Below, piece after piece: positions 11,011-20,455 of a DNA stretch of 64,000 bases. The stretch is taken from assembly GCA_965371245.1 (NCBI GenBank), contig CBDUXT010000020.1, positions 2,150 to 66,149 on the forward strand. The letters are read 5' to 3'. Numbering within the stretch: position 1 is the stretch's first letter; each line of letters opens with the position of its first letter. The translations under genes and the position numbers were made by a program. Under the pieces are notes generated by a model. It worked only from the letters and a program-made list of their open reading frames with translations. It was not told the origin of the DNA and ran no database searches. Origin of the DNA: an uncultured bacterium (GTDB lineage: Bacteria; Planctomycetota; Phycisphaerae; UBA1845).

Positions 11011-11832
11011 ATGAGCAGCACCGCTCCCATGGAGATCACTGTCGTCTACAGTGTCGGCGCGCGCCGGGGACGGCGGCGGCGCCTCCTCGGACCCGCACGC
11101 CCCTCCCGCTTGCTCATTCTCGGTCTTCTGAACCTCTTGGCGGCGAGCAGCCTGTACTACGCAGCCTGGTGGCGCGTGGACAAAATCCTGTACATCAAAA
11201 TGATGATGCACAGCCCCATTCCCAACGTGGACCTTAGCGCGGCTACGACGTTGTTTCAGCCGCGTGGCGTGCCAGCCGTCCGTAGACCGCCCGCACCGCC
11301 GCCCAAGCCCGTGCCGCAGCCGGGATGGCGACGGACGCTCAACGAGTACGCGATTGGGATCACCGCCTATATCTGGCTCACGTTGGCCACGATGGCCGCC
11401 TGTGCGTTGGCGATGTCGTCCGGCGCCGCGTTCGGTCGAGTGGCCGCCTCACGGTGGAAACGCCGGCGCATCCTGCTCGCGCTCGCTGGGGTCGCCGGCC
11501 TCGGCCTGGCCGGCTATCTGACGTGGCGGCAAGACCAGCAATCGTACCTGCCCGACCATCTGCGGATGGGGATGGCCGGGTTGGTCTTGGTGGCCGGGCT
11601 CCTCGGTCTGGCGGTCGGTCGCGGCGTCCGGCAGTGGACCTACTTCGCAGCGATCGCGGTGATCGTGTCGGCCATCTGCAGCGCAGCGGGGCTCTATGTC
11701 GCAAACGTCTACGGAGCGATCGACCCCGATGAACTACCCATGCCGTTTCTCCCGTTCGTCGGCGTGGTGTTCGTGTGTCACTTCCTCTGGGGTTGGATCC
11801 TGCTTCCGGTCGCGTCTCGCCTTGGACGGTGA
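11011..11832 (+). CDS. Hypothetical multi-pass membrane protein
   Basis: About 6 hydrophobic segments and a Pro-rich loop; follows the M16 pair. Confidence 0.65.
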   Translation: MSSTAPMEITVVYSVGARRGRRRRLLGPARPSRLLILGLLNLLAASSLYYAAWWRVDKILYIKMMMHSPIPNVDLSAATTLFQPRGVPAVRRPPAPPPKPVPQPGWRRTLNEYAIGITAYIWLTLATMAACALAMSSGAAFGRVAASRWKRRRILLALAGVAGLGLAGYLTWRQDQQSYLPDHLRMGMAGLVLVAGLLGLAVGRGVRQWTYFAAIAVIVSAICSAAGLYVANVYGAIDPDELPMPFLPFVGVVFVCHFLWGWILLPVASRLGR

Positions 11833-12038
11833 CAACCGGCCGTGTCCCCGACCATCCATTCGAGCCACGATTTTCCCGCAGACACCGGCCTCTTTCTTGC
11901 CTATGATCTGGATGGTCATTGCGGCTTCGACGCCCGCGCGCGACACCCGGCCGCGCTGATCCCCTAAGGCGACGTCTGCGTTCAGCGCCGCGTCCCAGCG
12001 GCGCCGCCCATGTCATTGCGTCTCTGGAGAATCGTACC

Positions 12039-12248
12039 ATGTCCTCGCTCAAGTCCTTCCATCTCGCGTTCATTCTGATCGTTTTTGTTGCCGCGGATCT
12101 GTTCGGAGCGTGGGGCGTGTGGGCCTACCGCCAGACGAACGAAACCGCACCCCTAATCGGCGGGATTCTGAGCTTCCTGCTGGGCTTCGCTCTCGTGGGC
12201 TACACCATCTGGCTGATGCACAAGCTGGATCGGACGAGAATCGAATAG
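12039..12248 (+). CDS. Small two-TM membrane protein (69 aa)
   Basis: GGAGA RBS, then MSSLKSFHLAFILIVF...; two hydrophobic helices. Confidence 0.65.
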   Translation: MSSLKSFHLAFILIVFVAADLFGAWGVWAYRQTNETAPLIGGILSFLLGFALVGYTIWLMHKLDRTRIE

Positions 12249-12281
12249 GCCGCAGGTCTGGGCCGGGGCGTTGTGTCGGCG

Positions 12282-12806
12282 TCAGACCGCCTTGAAGTGC
12301 TCAAACGACTGAAGACAGTCGTTGCAGTAGTGAATGGATCGACACAGCGTCGGGCCGAAGAGCGACTCGATCTCCGTGTTCGTCGAATCGCAAAGCGGGC
12401 AAGGTACGATCTGGCCGGCGGACATCTCGGCGCCGTCGCAGCACCGAACAGGCGGTGCCAGCCCGAACTCCTTGAGCCGCTTTCGCCCGGTCTCCGTGAG
12501 CCGTTCAGACGTCCACGGCGGGTCGTACACCGTGTTCACCACGACGTTTCGCTCGCCCGCGCGGACCAGGGCCTTGCGGATGTTCTCGCGGATGACGTCG
12601 AGCGCCGGACACCCCGCGAACGTCGGCGTGACATCGACGACAACCTTCTCACCCTCGATGCGTATGTCGGCGATGATACCGAGATCCACAACGTTGAGCA
12701 CCGGAATCTCCGGGTCCGTCACGCCCTGAAGCACGCCCCACGCCAACTCGCGTCTGTCGATCGCCGCCGGATCTGTTTCGCCGTCCCGTGCCGAGGTTTC
12801 AACCAT
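12282..12806 (-). CDS. paaD: Phenylacetyl-CoA epoxidase subunit D (PaaD/PaaJ)
   Basis: VTDPEIPVLNVVDLG, TPTFAGCPA, CPLCDS, FGPTLCRSIHYCNDCLQSFEHFK. Confidence 0.93.
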   Translation of the reverse strand: MVETSARDGETDPAAIDRRELAWGVLQGVTDPEIPVLNVVDLGIIADIRIEGEKVVVDVTPTFAGCPALDVIRENIRKALVRAGERNVVVNTVYDPPWTSERLTETGRKRLKEFGLAPPVRCCDGAEMSAGQIVPCPLCDSTNTEIESLFGPTLCRSIHYCNDCLQSFEHFKAV

Positions 12807-12810
12807 GGGG

Positions 12811-13599
12811 TCACCACTTGGCCGACGGGTCGATACGACGCACGAGTTGCAGGTCGGTCAACAACTCGGTGAGTGCCTCGGGATGTCGACCGACGCGCCC
12901 GCCGCGGGCCGCCGCGGGTGCATGTGGCGCCGACAGGCCCGCCTGTCCGAGCACCGGCGCCACGGCCGACTCCCAATGGCGCTGAAGCTCTTCCTCCTTG
13001 GGGCAGATGCCGGCCTGGGCAAGCGTTTCGTCCGCCTCGGTCGGCTCGAAGAGCCCCAGCGCCTGCGGATAGATGCGATCGAGCGCGTCCTGCATGCGTC
13101 GGTGGCTCTCGTCGGTGGCGCTGCCCAGCCGCAACACCCACTGCCGACCATGCATGAGATGATATTTTTCTTCGCTGCGAAGCTTGCGGGCGACCTGCGC
13201 GAGCGGAACGAACGTGCTTTCGCACAGCGCCGTGAGCCGAACGGTCTCGGCCGCGTCATAAAGAAACTGCCGCAGGATACAAGAGGCCCAGTCCCGCGCG
13301 TTGGGCAGGCTCACCAGCGAGGCGCAGCGCAGTTCCCGCGGCGTTCGCGTAAACACCAAGGTGTCGGGGTCCGGCTCGCCAAGGTCGTGAAGGATCTGGT
13401 AGAGCACCTGGGCGTGGCCCATTTCGTCCTGGGCGATCGAGGAGAAAGCGATGTCTTCTTCAAGAATGGGGGCAAGACCCGTCCACTCCGAGGCTCGATG
13501 ACCGACAATGAGTTCGTCGTCCGCCATTCGATAGAGCAGATTCACAACCGCATCACGGACGGCTGGGGAAAGATCGTCTACAGACGGCAGAGTCGTCAC
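12811..13599 (-). CDS. paaC: Phenylacetyl-CoA epoxidase subunit C
   Basis: ADDELIVGHRASEW, LEEDIAFSSIAQDEMGHA, EEKYH. Confidence 0.93.
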   Translation of the reverse strand: MTTLPSVDDLSPAVRDAVVNLLYRMADDELIVGHRASEWTGLAPILEEDIAFSSIAQDEMGHAQVLYQILHDLGEPDPDTLVFTRTPRELRCASLVSLPNARDWASCILRQFLYDAAETVRLTALCESTFVPLAQVARKLRSEEKYHLMHGRQWVLRLGSATDESHRRMQDALDRIYPQALGLFEPTEADETLAQAGICPKEEELQRHWESAVAPVLGQAGLSAPHAPAAARGGRVGRHPEALTELLTDLQLVRRIDPSAKW

Positions 13600-13901
13600 G
13601 CCTTGGGCTCCTGCTCTTCCTTGCGTTGCGTGGTCTTTGGGGTCTTGTACCCCCAGGATTCGCGGTAGCTCTTGTCGGTGTGCCGCTCAAACATGTCGGC
13701 GTCCGCATATTCCGTCGCGGTGATCGCCTCAATAGGCACCACCCAGAGGTTCACGCACGCCTGCCGACGGGTGTACTGCTCCTTGGCGAGCGTCAGCGCC
13801 ATCTCCGCGTCCGGCGCGTGCACCGACCCCACGTGGATATGCGGCTCTCCGCGAACCTGTTGATGGAACACCTCGAAAACGTCCCACTGTGTGTCGGACA
13901 T
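13596..13901 (-). CDS. paaB: Phenylacetyl-CoA epoxidase subunit B
   Basis: FEVF, HVGSVHAPDAEMAL, YTRR, LWVVP, DKSYR. Confidence 0.93.
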   Translation of the reverse strand: MSDTQWDVFEVFHQQVRGEPHIHVGSVHAPDAEMALTLAKEQYTRRQACVNLWVVPIEAITATEYADADMFERHTDKSYRESWGYKTPKTTQRKEEQEPKA

Positions 13902-13968
13902 GTGTTGCCTCTATGTCGTCATGAGCGTGAGTTCCGGTCGGTGCGTTTTGCGCTGTCTACGCCATACA

Positions 13969-14229
13969 CTACGCTTTTCTTCGCTTGGCTTGGAGTCGTT
14001 CCCCGTTGAGTTGCTCGAATCGAACGATGTGCACGAGCGCACATTGGTCTATCCGCATCACGACTCTCTTGCGCTTGGGGTCGGGAATCCCGACATACAC
14101 CGTCGTCCTTCCGAGCATGCACAACTCTGGATGTGCGATGTCATACGTGCGCCCGTCCGTCAGGCAAATGCGGAACGGCTCGAAGGGGCGCTTGTCGAGA
14201 CGTTCCCGAACATCCTTAATTCGCATCAT
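13969..14229 (-). CDS. Small basic hypothetical protein (PFxPFRIxLxDGRxYxIxHPE type) inserted in the paa operon
   Basis: GGAGGTGG RBS upstream; motif resembles small proteins common in Planctomycetota. Confidence 0.7.
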   Translation of the reverse strand: MMRIKDVRERLDKRPFEPFRICLTDGRTYDIAHPELCMLGRTTVYVGIPDPKRKRVVMRIDQCALVHIVRFEQLNGERLQAKRRKA

Positions 14230-14339
14230 ATCGAACCACCTCCAGAACTCTGTAGGGTACGCCGTGCGGATACGCCTCGTTCAGCAAGACGCTTACCTTG
14301 GGCACCGCGGCCCCGACCGAACGGATTACGAGCCGCCGA

Positions 14340-15332
14340 TCAGTTTCCGGCCGCAGAGGGCATCGGCACCGGACGATTCGCGGCCGCCGCCGCCAGCGCC
14401 TCGCGCACCCATCGACCGTCCTCGTGGGCCATCCGACGAACCGCCAGCCGCTCCCCCGTAACAGGCCCCCCCCCGCGCACCACGCGCAGAAACTCGTCCC
14501 AGTCCGGCTCGGTGTAGAGCCAGGCGTTCGTTTCCTTGTCATAGCGCAGCGCCTTGTCCGGCGTGGTCAAACCAAGGTCGAAGATCTTGGGAACGAACTG
14601 ACGCAAGAACTGCTGTCGCTGCTCGTCATTGGTCTTGAGCTTGATCTTCCAGCGGACCAACATGGTGGTGTGCGTCGATACCTTGTCGGCCGGACCATGA
14701 AACATCATGATCGGCGCCCACCAACGGTCCAGGGCCTCCTGCAACATCTCCCGCTGAACCTTCGTGCCCGTCGCCAGCGTCACGCACATCTCGTAGCCGT
14801 GCTTCATGTGAAACGCCTCTTCGTAGCAAATGCGCTTCAAGGCTCGGGCGTAGGGACCGTAGGAGCCCTCCGACATCATCGTCTGATTGATGATGGCCGC
14901 CCCGTCGATCAGCCAGGCGATGATCGCCACGTCCGCCCACGTTTCCGCCGGATAGTGGAAAACGTTCGAGAACTTGGATTTGCCGTTGATCAGATCTTCG
15001 ACCATTTGCTCGCGCGAAGGACCCAGTGTCTCGGCCGCACGATAGAGAAGCTGTGCGTGGCCGACCTCGTCTTGCACCTTGGCGACCAGGGCGAGCTTCC
15101 GCTTAAGAGTGGGCGCATGCGGGATCCACTTGCCCTCTGGCAACGCCCCGCAGATTTCGCTGTTGGCATGAACGTGAATCAGCCGGATCAACTGGTTGCG
15201 ATAGTCGTCGGGCATCCAGTCGGCCGGCTCGATCTTCTCGCCCCGGTTGATCCGTGCCTCGAAGTCGGCCAGCTTCCGGTCGTATTCCTCGCGCGACAGC
15301 CCTCGCAGGTTCTTCTCGATTGCTGAAACCAT
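14340..15332 (-). CDS. paaA: Phenylacetyl-CoA epoxidase subunit A
   Basis: [38 protein letters not shown] di-iron motifs. Confidence 0.95.
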   Translation of the reverse strand: MVSAIEKNLRGLSREEYDRKLADFEARINRGEKIEPADWMPDDYRNQLIRLIHVHANSEICGALPEGKWIPHAPTLKRKLALVAKVQDEVGHAQLLYRAAETLGPSREQMVEDLINGKSKFSNVFHYPAETWADVAIIAWLIDGAAIINQTMMSEGSYGPYARALKRICYEEAFHMKHGYEMCVTLATGTKVQREMLQEALDRWWAPIMMFHGPADKVSTHTTMLVRWKIKLKTNDEQRQQFLRQFVPKIFDLGLTTPDKALRYDKETNAWLYTEPDWDEFLRVVRGGGPVTGERLAVRRMAHEDGRWVREALAAAAANRPVPMPSAAGN

Positions 15333-15375
15333 TCGTGTCTCCCGTGAAGGCCGCCCACACCGTGCGGATGGACAG

Positions 15376-15963
15376 CTATGGACCCGCGCGGCGGAGTCCG
15401 TTGAACAGCATGTCTGTCAGCTTCCTGGCGATCTCCTCCGGTGTCATGGGTCCGTCGGCACGGTACCACTGATACACCCAGTTGATCGATGAAAGAATCA
15501 ACAGCGTAGCGAACTTCTCATCGATGTCGGCAAAAATGCCATCCCTGATGCACTGATGAACCAGGCTACGAAGGAGCCCCTCATACTTGTCGCGCCGCGC
15601 TGCGAACTCGCTGCGCCGAGGCTCGCTGAGATGCCGCCACTGCGTGGTGTACACCGACGCGGACAACGCGCTCTTCGTGATGACCCCCACGTGCGCGGCG
15701 ATCACCCGGCGAAGTTTCTCCGTCGAAACCAAGTCGGCTTCAACGATCGGCGTGACCGCCGCGAAGTAGGCGTCGGCCGCTCGGTTGACGATCTCGAAGA
15801 GAAGGTCTTCCTTCGTCTCGATGTGGGCATAGAGGCTGCCGGCCTTGATCTGGAGGGCGTCGGCAATCTCGCGAACGCTCGTGGCGTGATAGCCGCGCTC
15901 GGCGAACATCACCTCGGCCGCGGCGAGAACCTCGTCTTTCCGTTGTAGAGTCGTCTCGGACAT
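15376..15963 (-). CDS. TetR family regulator (PaaR/KstR2-like)
   Basis: [32 protein letters not shown]; C-terminal [11 protein letters not shown]; leads the paa operon. Confidence 0.9.
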   Translation of the reverse strand: MSETTLQRKDEVLAAAEVMFAERGYHATSVREIADALQIKAGSLYAHIETKEDLLFEIVNRAADAYFAAVTPIVEADLVSTEKLRRVIAAHVGVITKSALSASVYTTQWRHLSEPRRSEFAARRDKYEGLLRSLVHQCIRDGIFADIDEKFATLLILSSINWVYQWYRADGPMTPEEIARKLTDMLFNGLRRAGP

Positions 15964-15982
15964 GGCCTTATACGTTCATCCT

Positions 15983-15996
15983 AACAAGCGCTTGCT
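15983..15996. promoter_or_regulatory. Putative TetR operator AACAAGCGCTTGCT
   Basis: Matches the KstR2 consensus AnCAAGnnCTTGnT; lies between the promoter and the TetR start. Confidence 0.7.
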
Positions 15997-16004
15997 TTAA
16001 TCAT

Positions 16005-16032
16005 ACTTTACATGATGGATCGGGGCTGTCAA
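16005..16032 (-). promoter_or_regulatory. Putative sigma70 promoter of the tetR-paa operon
   Basis: TTGACA (16032-16027)-N16-TAAAGT on the minus strand. Confidence 0.5.
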
Positions 16033-16073
16033 GAGGGATGTCGCGCAGGGTATTTGGTTGGCAGGCGCACAAT

Positions 16074-16102
16074 CAGAGCCGCAGGCGCCAGCCTGCGGAC
16101 CC
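16074..16102. repeat. REP-like element, family A
   Basis: CAGAGCCGCAGGCGCCAGCCTGCGGACC. Confidence 0.7.
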
Positions 16103-16106
16103 AGCG

Positions 16107-17063
16107 CTACCGTGATCGACGGGCCTTAATGGCGATCTCGTCGTAGGCCTCGCCGTTCCAAAGCTTGTTGGTGGCCGTGTAGCTTCCCGCCAACGAGTCC
16201 TTCACCGGCACCGGGACACCGTCGTCGTTGAGTTGATAGCCCAAATCGGAGGGCGTTTTCGGGTCGGCGTGGCCGTCCACGAACACGACATGCGCGAACT
16301 TGCCATGACGCGCTTCGACGGGCGAGTATTGATACAGCTCCGGATCGACGTTGGTACTCACGTCACCGGACCCCGGGCCGAAGCGCGTCGCTCCTGCCTC
16401 GACCGCCAAGCGCGGTGGATCGAGCGTGTACGAGTGTTTGCCGTGGCGTCGCCCCGCCCCGCGGCTGTCCGCGATCAGCACCGTTTGACCGGCCGAGCGA
16501 ATGCGATGCAGCCCCAAGGGGAAGTTATCCCACCGCTCGTCGTCCGTGTCCTGCCGTGAGTTGCCTAGATACTGGTAGTTGTAGCCGTACGCGCCGTTGC
16601 GGACGTCGCGCTCGAACTCATCCGCGAAACTCGGGCAGGTGAAATACTTGTTGGTCATCTCCCGGCCGGATTCGCCGTCGATGCCCACGGATTTGTCACC
16701 GAAGCTGCCCGTTGAGTCGATCTCGTCGAGGAAGGGCTCCGGATCAATCACCGGTCCGACCTCCTGGGAATCCAGAAACCATTGCCAACGCGGCTTGCTG
16801 CGTCCCCAGCTGTTCACGTACGTCTCGGAGCCACTCCGAGACCTACCGTTCTTGAGTCGAAACGGTGGGAACCGGTCGCCGTTGTCGTTCATGTACAGCG
16901 TCATGCCGGTGCCCAGCCGCTTGAGGTTGGCCAGACAGACGCTCGCCTTGGCCTGGTTCCGGGCGGCCGACAGCGATGGCAAGAGGATGGATACCAAGAG
17001 CGAGATGATCGAGATGACAACGAGCAACTCGATAAGGGTGAACGCGTTCCGTCTTCGAATCAT
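16107..17063 (-). CDS. Prepilin-type N-terminal cleavage/methylation protein with H-X9-DG C-terminal motif (DUF1559-like)
   Basis: [61 protein letters not shown]; AGGAG RBS before 17063. Confidence 0.9.
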   Translation of the reverse strand: MIRRRNAFTLIELLVVISIISLLVSILLPSLSAARNQAKASVCLANLKRLGTGMTLYMNDNGDRFPPFRLKNGRSRSGSETYVNSWGRSKPRWQWFLDSQEVGPVIDPEPFLDEIDSTGSFGDKSVGIDGESGREMTNKYFTCPSFADEFERDVRNGAYGYNYQYLGNSRQDTDDERWDNFPLGLHRIRSAGQTVLIADSRGAGRRHGKHSYTLDPPRLAVEAGATRFGPGSGDVSTNVDPELYQYSPVEARHGKFAHVVFVDGHADPKTPSDLGYQLNDDGVPVPVKDSLAGSYTATNKLWNGEAYDEIAIKARRSR

Positions 17064-17146
17064 GGCTTGAACTCCTGTTTCGGTCGCCGATTCATAGGTC
17101 GTGTTAGTCTTCGCCTGCACCGCGCCATGCGGCAGGATCACTACTT

Positions 17147-17169
17147 GTATTGAGATTGGTTCTCAATAC
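17147..17169. promoter_or_regulatory. Palindromic operator 1, GTATTGAGA-N5-TCTCAATAC (Fur-like)
   Basis: Perfect 9-5-9 inverted repeat in an AT-rich divergent intergenic region. Confidence 0.7.
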
Positions 17170-17221
17170 TGTCCAACATTATCGCATATATCGAGCGAAA
17201 TCAACCGTCTGGTGAAGCAAA

Positions 17222-17240
17222 ATTGAGACCATGTCTCAAT
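17222..17240. promoter_or_regulatory. Palindromic operator 2, ATTGAGAC-CAT-GTCTCAAT (Fur-like)
   Basis: Perfect 8-3-8 inverted repeat with the same core as operator 1. Confidence 0.7.
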
Positions 17241-17598
17241 ATTTCTACGATATTTGCCGGAAACCGCTCGCCTCGGTCGGACGCCTGGGTTGCCGCGCGA
17301 TCGCGCCCGGTTTCACCACAACCATGCCCGCCAGATACGATCCTGCCCGGGTTACGGCGCGGCCCTCTGCGCCGTACGTCACACCCCTCCGCGCGATTTC
17401 GCGCACGTCCCGTCGCACAGGCTGCGGTACGGCGTTTGCAAATCGTTTGCCGGTTGGACGAGCCCTTTCGGCGCCTCGGTGGTCTCGCGTTCGTCGCGAT
17501 GCCGGCGCACTGCATTCGCCGCGGCTTCGGTGGACGCTACACTGCCCGGTGACCACCATGACGCCAAGCGGAGAAGAGACGAACCGGTGAGGTCCACT

Positions 17599-18897
17599 TT
17601 GACAACGACGTCTCGCGCGCGATCGGCCGAACTGTTCGCCGGCGCCGGGAAAGTTCTGGTCGGCGGCGTGAACAGCCCGGTACGCGCCTTCCGCGCCGTC
17701 GGCGGCGAGCCGGTGTTCGTTCAGCGCGCCGAGGGAGCCTACATCCACGACGTGGACGGCAACCGGTACGTCGATTGGGTCGGCAGTTGGGGTCCGGCCA
17801 TCGTCGGTCATGCGCACCCGGCGGTCGTCGAGGCGGTTCAACAAGCGGCGGCCCGCGGGCTGAGCTTTGGGGCGTGCTGCGCCGCCGAGGCGGAATTGGC
17901 CGGAATCATTGTCGGCGCCATTCCCTCCATCGAGATGCTTCGGCTGGTCAGCAGCGGAACCGAAGCCTCGATGAGTGCCATACGACTGGCACGCGCGGTA
18001 ACGGGCCGATCTCGCATACTCAAGTTCATTGGATGCTACCACGGCCACGTTGACTCCCTTCTCGTGGCCGCCGGCTCGGGCGCGGCGACCTTCGGGGTTC
18101 CCGACTCCGCCGGCGTGCCTCCGGCGTTCGCCCAATCAACCCTGCCGGCACCCTACAACGACGCGGCGGCCGTGGACCGGATCATGACCGATCACGGCGA
18201 GGACGTGGCCGGGATCATTGTCGAGCCCATCGCCGGAAACATGGGCTTTGTCGAGCCGGCGGAAGGGTTCCTCCGGTCGCTACGACAGGCCTGCGACCGG
18301 CATCAGGCATTGCTCATCTTCGACGAGGTGATGACCGGGTTTCGCATTGGATGGGGCGGCTACCAGAACCTGTGCGACGTCAAGGCGGACCTGACCTGTC
18401 TGGGAAAGGTGATCGGCGGCGGGATGCCGGTGGCCGCCTACGGCGGGTCGAAAAGCATCATGGAGCACGTCAGCCCGATGGGGCCCGCCTATCAGGCCGG
18501 CACGCTCAGCGGCAACCCGCTCGGCATGGCGTCGGGCATCGCAACGCTAGGTCTCTGCCAAGCGGACGGCTTCTACGGGCGTCTACAAGAGAAGGCGCTG
18601 CGGTTGACGAAGGGATTGCGCGACGCGGCGACAGCGGCCGGCGTCTCGCTACACGTCGGCGCCCGTGGCGGCATGTTCGGCATGGCACTGAGCGACAAAC
18701 CCGTGTGCAATTTCGACGACGCAAAGGCGTGCGACCACGAGCGATACGCCACGTTCTTCCGAGAAATGCTCGATCGCGGCGTCTGGCTACCACCGTCCGG
18801 CTACGAAGCGATGTTCATCTCCGCAGCGCACGACGACGAGGCCATCGCGGTGACGCTCGATGCGGCCGAGAAAAGCTTCGCGAAGTTGGCGCCATGA
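17599..18897 (+). CDS. hemL: Glutamate-1-semialdehyde 2,1-aminomutase
   Basis: GGVNSPVRAF, SSGTEA, GCYHGH, FDEVMTGFR, LGKVIGGGMPV, QAGTLSGNP; start TTG 17599 or GTG 17587. Confidence 0.96.
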   Translation: MTTTSRARSAELFAGAGKVLVGGVNSPVRAFRAVGGEPVFVQRAEGAYIHDVDGNRYVDWVGSWGPAIVGHAHPAVVEAVQQAAARGLSFGACCAAEAELAGIIVGAIPSIEMLRLVSSGTEASMSAIRLARAVTGRSRILKFIGCYHGHVDSLLVAAGSGAATFGVPDSAGVPPAFAQSTLPAPYNDAAAVDRIMTDHGEDVAGIIVEPIAGNMGFVEPAEGFLRSLRQACDRHQALLIFDEVMTGFRIGWGGYQNLCDVKADLTCLGKVIGGGMPVAAYGGSKSIMEHVSPMGPAYQAGTLSGNPLGMASGIATLGLCQADGFYGRLQEKALRLTKGLRDAATAAGVSLHVGARGGMFGMALSDKPVCNFDDAKACDHERYATFFREMLDRGVWLPPSGYEAMFISAAHDDEAIAVTLDAAEKSFAKLAP

Positions 18898-19784
18898 CCA
18901 CGCTGAGCCTCGGTACGCGCGGCAGCGACCTGGCGCTGTGGCAGTCCCGATGGTTCGCCCGGCGACTCGAGGCCACTCACTCCGGCCTGGTCATCGAAGA
19001 GGTCATCCTTCAGACGCATGGTGACATCGCCACGACACAGCGATTCGACCGCGATTGGCCGGTCGGTGGTTTCGTAGGGGCGATCGAACAGGCGCTGGCG
19101 GCTGGCGAAATCGATCTGGCCGTCCACAGCTTCAAGGATCTTCAGACGGCCGTCACCGCCGGGCTGACGATCGCCGCGATTCCCGGGCGCGAGGCGGCCC
19201 ACGACGTTCTGGTCACGCCAAAAGCGATCACCCTGGATGATGTCGGCGACGGGTTCCGGCTGGGCACCAGCAGTCCGCGACGAATGGCGCAGTTTCGCCG
19301 CCTCGGTGACATCGAGATCGTGGAGATTCGCGGCAACGTGGCCACCCGAATCGCCAAGCTTGAACGCGAGAACCTCGACGGCGTGGTGCTTGCGGCCGCG
19401 GGGCTCAACCGGCTGGACCTTCGCCCAGTTCATCGCATCGACCTGCCGATGGACCGGTTCGTGCCCTCGCCCGCGCAGGGCGCGTTGGCGATCCAGGTGC
19501 GGGAAGGCAGTGAGGCCGCAGCGCTTGTCGAGATTCTGGACGACCCGTCGGTCCGCCGCGTGGTGACGGCCGAGCGGAGCTTCCTGCGGGCGATCGGTGC
19601 CGGTTGCCATGTTCCTGTCGGGGCGCTGGCCTCGCTGAACGGCGTATCGATTTCCCTGCACGGACAGCTCTTCGGCGAGGACCAACTGCGCTTGGCCGAG
19701 GGCACCGAAACCGGGGACGATCCCGAAGCGGTCGGACGGCAACTGGCCGATCGTCTCCAGCGCGAGCTGAAGGAATCGGCATGA
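18894..19784 (+). CDS. hemC: Hydroxymethylbilane synthase
   Basis: GTRGSDLALWQ, AVHSFKD, GTSSPRR, IRGNV, PAQGAL, GCHVPVG; ATGA overlap with hemL. Confidence 0.94.
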   Translation: MTTLSLGTRGSDLALWQSRWFARRLEATHSGLVIEEVILQTHGDIATTQRFDRDWPVGGFVGAIEQALAAGEIDLAVHSFKDLQTAVTAGLTIAAIPGREAAHDVLVTPKAITLDDVGDGFRLGTSSPRRMAQFRRLGDIEIVEIRGNVATRIAKLERENLDGVVLAAAGLNRLDLRPVHRIDLPMDRFVPSPAQGALAIQVREGSEAAALVEILDDPSVRRVVTAERSFLRAIGAGCHVPVGALASLNGVSISLHGQLFGEDQLRLAEGTETGDDPEAVGRQLADRLQRELKESA

Positions 19785-20455
19785 ACGTCTGGGTCACGCG
19801 CGACGAAGACTCGGGCGGATCCCTGTCCGCGGCGCTGAGTGCCGAGGGCTTGACACCGGTGCTCGAACCGGTCGTAATGCGCCGGCTCATCGACAATGCG
19901 GCCGGCGCCATCGCAGCGCTGGGTCCTAACGATTGGCTGGTGCTCACCAGCGTCTTCGCGGTCCAGTCTGTCCCGCAAGACCCGGCGCGCGTCCCACGCG
20001 TGGCCGTCATCGGAGAGGAATCGGGTCGCGTCGCCCGTTCGCGCGGGTTTCGCGTGGAACTCATCAGCCCACGGCACGGCGCGAAGAGTCTCTTCGATGC
20101 GCTCGAACAGGTCGCCCAGCGGGGGAGAATACTCTACCCGCGTTCGTCGCGTGCGACGCAGCCAAGGGCCTGGCCCGGCGTTGAGTTGCAGTCCCCGGTG
20201 ATGTATGAAACGACACGGCGTGATTTCGATCAAGGCGTGGTCGATCGGGTGGATGTGGTGTCGGTGGCCAGCCCATCCGCGGTTGAGGCGGTCGGTGCGG
20301 TCGATCGACCCTTCGCCAGCATCGGCCCGACGACGTCGGCCGCGATCCGCGCCCTCGGCGTTTCGCCCCGGATCGAAGCCCCAAAGCGAAGCTTCCGCTC
20401 ACTCGCGCAAGCCATCGCCGCCTACGCCGACGACTCTCGCCACCAGCGAGCATAG
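19781..20455 (+). CDS. hemD: Uroporphyrinogen-III synthase (short, divergent)
   Basis: VWVTR, DWLVLTS, AVIGEES, VMYET, ASPSAV, SIGPTTSAA; ATGA overlap with hemC. Confidence 0.8.
   Translation: MNVWVTRDEDSGGSLSAALSAEGLTPVLEPVVMRRLIDNAAGAIAALGPNDWLVLTSVFAVQSVPQDPARVPRVAVIGEESGRVARSRGFRVELISPRHGAKSLFDALEQVAQRGRILYPRSSRATQPRAWPGVELQSPVMYETTRRDFDQGVVDRVDVVSVASPSAVEAVGAVDRPFASIGPTTSAAIRALGVSPRIEAPKRSFRSLAQAIAAYADDSRHQRA

Noticed and set aside
17254-17598. Apparent 115-aa N-terminal extension of HemL
   Set aside because: Non-globular composition; homology starts near 17599, where an RBS-like GAGGT precedes TTG
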